A stretch of 64,000 nt of DNA from an uncultured Gammaproteobacteria bacterium (GTDB taxonomy: Bacteria > Patescibacteriota > Microgenomatia > UBA10105 > UBA927): contig CAZGOA010000001.1 of assembly GCA_964527425.1 (NCBI GenBank), positions 179,273 to 243,272 of the forward strand, read 5' to 3'. How positions within the stretch are numbered: position 1 is the stretch's first letter; each line of letters starts with the position of its first letter. The notes below the pieces were generated by a model. It did not search any database. It was given only the letters and a program-made list of their open reading frames with translations, and was not told where the DNA came from. Positions 59,941-64,000 of this stretch are shown here, piece by piece. The position numbers were made by a program, and so were the translations under genes.

Positions 59941-60888
59941 ATGACAACACACTTAGAGACAATAGCTACTAAAAACTTTGAAGGATATACAATGGTGGTC
60001 CCTGAATGGGAACCATTTACTGGTCATGAACGTTTTTTGTTCGATAGATTATGTCATATTAGAAGTTACCTAAAATCTGTTATAGATCCTCAAGTATTAA
60101 GAAGAAATGCGATTCTTGTGGTAGGTTCTGATGGGAGACTTGAAAATGCAAAAAGTTCTATTTTTGTATCGCCTATAGAATTTTGTGTTCTGGGAAAAAA
60201 TGAAGCAGACTACACTGTAATAAATACTGCGATTGTAAAAGGCATTAAAAGCAAAATAATTCATGCTGCTGATAGTGCTGTAGAATGGAAAAACCTGTCA
60301 ATTAGATCAGTAAATTATCTTATTTCTGGATATAATGGGGAACCTTATAGGGTATGGCCAGATAGAATTTTTGATAGTTTAATGCTTGAAGGTAATGAGC
60401 ATCTTGTTATTGATGCTTGTAAAAGAATTCACGAAGAATGGAAATCTAATAGTGTTATTAGAGAACGATTAAGAAAAAATTTAAAAATGTACTTACTAAC
60501 TAATAGAACAGGGACAAATAATTATAAAACTCACTTTGATAGTTCAACTGGAGAAATTTTTTTTGATAAACAACAATATATTCGTGGATTAAAATATGGT
60601 CCTATTAGATTAGTTCAAGGAATATTAACTTTACATCAATTAGAGAATGGAATTATTAATACTGATACAAGAACAATTGTTAAACTTAGAGAACAATATC
60701 CACTTGACTCTGAGGTTAGATTAGCATATCAACATGCATTACTTATTTATCATGCACAACAAGAACATTTTTCCAAAAACGGAAATGGACATATGATTAT
60801 TAATCCACATGTTTTAAGCAAGATTACCCAAACTATTGATCATTTTGCTACTCGTGAACTACGAAGTATGACTAATCTATCTATTTAA
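59941..60888 (+). CDS. Hypothetical protein, GlnD/DUF294-like nucleotidyltransferase fold
   Basis: AILVVGSDGRLE...SPIEF (GSxGRxE), C-terminal GLKYGPIRLVQ. Confidence 0.5.
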   Translation: MTTHLETIATKNFEGYTMVVPEWEPFTGHERFLFDRLCHIRSYLKSVIDPQVLRRNAILVVGSDGRLENAKSSIFVSPIEFCVLGKNEADYTVINTAIVKGIKSKIIHAADSAVEWKNLSIRSVNYLISGYNGEPYRVWPDRIFDSLMLEGNEHLVIDACKRIHEEWKSNSVIRERLRKNLKMYLLTNRTGTNNYKTHFDSSTGEIFFDKQQYIRGLKYGPIRLVQGILTLHQLENGIINTDTRTIVKLREQYPLDSEVRLAYQHALLIYHAQQEHFSKNGNGHMIINPHVLSKITQTIDHFATRELRSMTNLSI

Positions 60889-62558
60889 TATTTCAAATCT
60901 TTCACTTTCAGTTCAATTTTTTCTTTTCCATTCCATATATTATTGGTAATTGTGTAAGCTAAATTAATGGTTGATTGTTTTTGGAGTTCGGGAAAGAGTT
61001 GTCCCATGTTGAAGGCAATGGCTTCTATTGTTTGTTTTCTATCGTTTTGTAATTTTAGTTTGAGATGCTTCCCTTCTTGTCCAACTAATCTTGCTTCTAA
61101 TACTGGAACATCAGTACTTACGAAGACAGGATCGTAGTTTGCCATTCCGAAGGGTGAGAGTTGTTGTAAGGTGGAATAAAGTTCTGCTGTTACTAAGGAT
61201 AATGGCATTTGCAAATCAACTGACAAACTTCGAATCGTCATTTCTTTTGTAATATGTTTCTCTGCATATGCTTCCATACGTTGAATGAATTCTTGTAGAT
61301 TGTTTGTTTCTATGGTGAATCCGGCAGCCATTGGATGACCTCCAACATCTACTAATAGGTCATTTTGAGATCTAATTGCTTCTACGATATTAAAACCTGC
61401 AATTGATCTTGCACTGGCTTTGGATATTGTTTCTCCTTTTGAGAGGACTATAGCTGGAAGATAATGCTCTTCAACTAATTTACCGGCAATTAAACCAATG
61501 ATTCCCTGATTATATGATTCATCTGCGATGACTAGTATTTTTTTAATTTCGTGCTTTTTATCTTTTATGACTAATTCTTTTGCATGAAGAGTACTTTCTT
61601 GAGTTAAATACTGACGTTCTTTGTTTACTAATGATAGTTTTCCTGCTAAAGCAGACGCTCGTTCTTCGTTGGTTGTGCAAAGTAATCTCAATGCATCGAG
61701 AGCATGATCGAGTCTCCCTAATGCATTGATACGTGGCGCTAAGATATGAGAAATATCATAGGTGGTTAACTGTTTATCTGTTAAGGTTGCTTCTTGGAGA
61801 AGTGCTAATACACCTAATCGAGATGAGGTACTCAATGCCTTTAGGCCAAATGACGCTATGGCCCTGTTAATTCCACTTAATGGTAATAAATCTGCTATTG
61901 TTCCAATAGATGCAACACCAAGTAAATCGTATGGATCTATGTCTTTTATCATCGTATTCTTGTTTCGTTCATATAATGTTTTAGAAACAAACCATGCGAC
62001 ACCGGAACCTGAAAGAGTAGTTGTATGTACTATGGTAGTGTCTGGAAGAATTTCTGATTTGGTATGGTGGTCGGTGACTATAACATCTATACCTTGTGAT
62101 TTTGCATATGCGACTTTTTCATGGCCAGTTATTCCATGATCAACTGTAATAATAAGTGTTGCGTTATGTTCTTTTTTTACTGTATCTATGCCAATGGTTG
62201 ATAATCCATACCCTTCCCCTTCTCGGTGAGGTATATATGGCATAACCTTACCTCCCATTGCATAAATTGTTTCCCACATAACTGTACCAGCTGTTACACC
62301 GTCAGCATCATAATCTGCATAAACGATAATTGATTCTTTATTTTTTACTGCTTGTTCTATTCTTTCTGCAGCTTTTTCTAGCATGATAGGGTCTATTCCA
62401 ACTGTTTCTGCTGTGAAGATTAAGGGGGTTTTGGGTGTTAAAAATTGTTCGATATCTTCTTGAGTTGTTATACCTCTCTGTTTAAGAAGCAATTGCAGGA
62501 TATCTTTACTGGTTATCCTCGGATTATCTATTGTTTGTTTGATGTCCCATTTCTTCAT
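60885..62558 (-). CDS. recJ: Single-stranded DNA exonuclease RecJ
   Basis: DYDADG, EGYGL, TVDHG, TDHH, GTIAD, GGHPMAAG. Confidence 0.96.
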   Translation of the reverse strand: MKKWDIKQTIDNPRITSKDILQLLLKQRGITTQEDIEQFLTPKTPLIFTAETVGIDPIMLEKAAERIEQAVKNKESIIVYADYDADGVTAGTVMWETIYAMGGKVMPYIPHREGEGYGLSTIGIDTVKKEHNATLIITVDHGITGHEKVAYAKSQGIDVIVTDHHTKSEILPDTTIVHTTTLSGSGVAWFVSKTLYERNKNTMIKDIDPYDLLGVASIGTIADLLPLSGINRAIASFGLKALSTSSRLGVLALLQEATLTDKQLTTYDISHILAPRINALGRLDHALDALRLLCTTNEERASALAGKLSLVNKERQYLTQESTLHAKELVIKDKKHEIKKILVIADESYNQGIIGLIAGKLVEEHYLPAIVLSKGETISKASARSIAGFNIVEAIRSQNDLLVDVGGHPMAAGFTIETNNLQEFIQRMEAYAEKHITKEMTIRSLSVDLQMPLSLVTAELYSTLQQLSPFGMANYDPVFVSTDVPVLEARLVGQEGKHLKLKLQNDRKQTIEAIAFNMGQLFPELQKQSTINLAYTITNNIWNGKEKIELKVKDLKY

Positions 62559-62694
62559 GAGTTTTAATAGTACACTTTTTTAATGAAAGATGCTCTATAA
62601 AAATGTCAGTTCTTAGAGTACTTCAAACCCAGATCAGAAATTATTAAGATCCGGGATCGGGTAAAATTCACAATACTGCGATATAATATCAAGC

Positions 62695-64000
62695 ATGAAA
62701 ACAATGCCACAATCGGCAGAGGAAATAATTGAAACATTAAAACATGCGGGATATGAAGCCTATGCAGTAGGGGGATCTGTTCGTGATTTTTTAATGGACA
62801 AAGAAACGAGAGGATGGGACTTTACCACCAATGCTACTCCTGAACAAATCCTTGAGATCTTTCCTGATAGTTTTTATGACAATCAGTTTGGTACGGTTGG
62901 TGTAAAAATATATTTCAATGGCAAGCCGGAAACAACTGACATCAATGAGGAGGCAATTAAACCTGATGATATTTATGAAATAACGACATATAGAAGTGAA
63001 CAAGGTTATACTGATAATCGACATCCTGATCAAATTACCTGGGGTCATTCGTTATTAGAAGACTTATCACGAAGAGATTTTACAATAAATGCCATTGCCT
63101 TTGATGGTAAAGAACTGATTGATCCCTATAATGGACAGCAAGATCTTGAACATAAAGTAATTAAAACTGTTGGTGATCCACATGCTCGATTTTCGGAAGA
63201 TGCTCTACGCATTATGAGAGCAGTGAGGATTGCAACTGTATTGGGTTTTTTAATTGAAGAACAAACGCTCTCAGCAATAAAACATCATGCAAGAAGTTTG
63301 TTGCAAATTTCGCGTGAACGAATTCGTGATGAATTAATGAAAATATTATCAAGTGATTATCCTGCAGATGGGATATTGTTACTCAAGAATACAGGGATAC
63401 TCTCCGTTATTTTTCCTGAATTACACGATGCTTTTGAAGTACCACAAAAAAGTCCGAAGAGACACCATATTTATGATGTAGGAACTCATTCGGTGATGGC
63501 ATTGAAATATGCACCAACTAAAGATCCAATTGTGCGACTTGCCACTCTTATTCATGATATTGGAAAACCTGCAACATTTAGAAAAGATGAAACAGGGCTT
63601 ATTACTTTTTTTAATCATGAAGTAGTTGGGATGAGAATAGCAAAAAAGATTGTTGAGAGACTCAGGCTTTCTAAAAAACAATCAGAAAAAATATTAACCC
63701 TTGTGCGATGGCATCAATTTACCGTTGATGAGAGGCAAACTGACAGCGCTATAAGGCGATTTATAAGAAGAGTTGGTAAAGAGAATATTAATGACATGTT
63801 AGCTCTGCGTATTGGGGATCGACTTGGTGGCGGTGCTTTAGAAACTTCTTGGAGACTTGAGCTATTTAAGAAACGACTTGAGGAAGTTCAATTGCAACCA
63901 TTTAGTATTAAGGATTTAAAAGTAAATGGCTTTGATGTTATGAAAGTATTAGATGTTAAACCTGGACCAATTATTGGACAGACTTTAGACGCTTTGTTTA
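62695..64000 (+). CDS. cca: CCA tRNA nucleotidyltransferase with HD domain (3' partial; not in the ORF track)
   Basis: MKTMPQSAEE...YAVGGSVRD...WDFTTNA...EDLSRRDFTINA...RFSEDALRIMRA...HDIGK. Confidence 0.93.
   Translation, partial: MKTMPQSAEEIIETLKHAGYEAYAVGGSVRDFLMDKETRGWDFTTNATPEQILEIFPDSFYDNQFGTVGVKIYFNGKPETTDINEEAIKPDDIYEITTYRSEQGYTDNRHPDQITWGHSLLEDLSRRDFTINAIAFDGKELIDPYNGQQDLEHKVIKTVGDPHARFSEDALRIMRAVRIATVLGFLIEEQTLSAIKHHARSLLQISRERIRDELMKILSSDYPADGILLLKNTGILSVIFPELHDAFEVPQKSPKRHHIYDVGTHSVMALKYAPTKDPIVRLATLIHDIGKPATFRKDETGLITFFNHEVVGMRIAKKIVERLRLSKKQSEKILTLVRWHQFTVDERQTDSAIRRFIRRVGKENINDMLALRIGDRLGGGALETSWRLELFKKRLEEVQLQPFSIKDLKVNGFDVMKVLDVKPGPIIGQTLDALF

Overview
AT-rich bacterial chromosomal segment with the gene content of a Patescibacteria/CPR genome (most like Microgenomates; inferred from gene families and style, not from a search). 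Housekeeping genes: greA x2, rsmG, lon, mutS/mutL, obgE, era, gltX, aspS, recJ, cca, thyA/folA, tRNA-Glu(CTC), tRNA-Gln(CTG). Also present: a PIG-L-sufCBD-Rieske-sufSU-ferredoxin-OFOR block, a TetR-linked crtI-crtB-lycopene elongase-GT2 carotenoid cluster and a cluster of surface hydrolases (two GH18, CAP, serine hydrolase). The most striking signal is cis-acting RNA regulation that the ORF track misses. (1) A transcriptional T-box upstream of aspS has an ultra-short Stem I with an Asp (GAC) specifier in its apical loop, and aspS is fused to a YbaK/ProX editing domain. (2) Back-to-back with it, an Ile-rich leader-peptide attenuator precedes an orphan GlnD/DUF294-like nucleotidyltransferase. 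(3) A second leader-peptide attenuator precedes a GNAT + M20 operon. (4) The greA leader contains a terminator. Other notable items: a 4xCBS-HPF-like fusion, a miniature PPDK-like protein, an unannotated Cys-rich microprotein, a REP-like GC-rich palindrome family and many apparently leaderless genes. All calls were made by eye from motifs; no database searches or folding programs were run.
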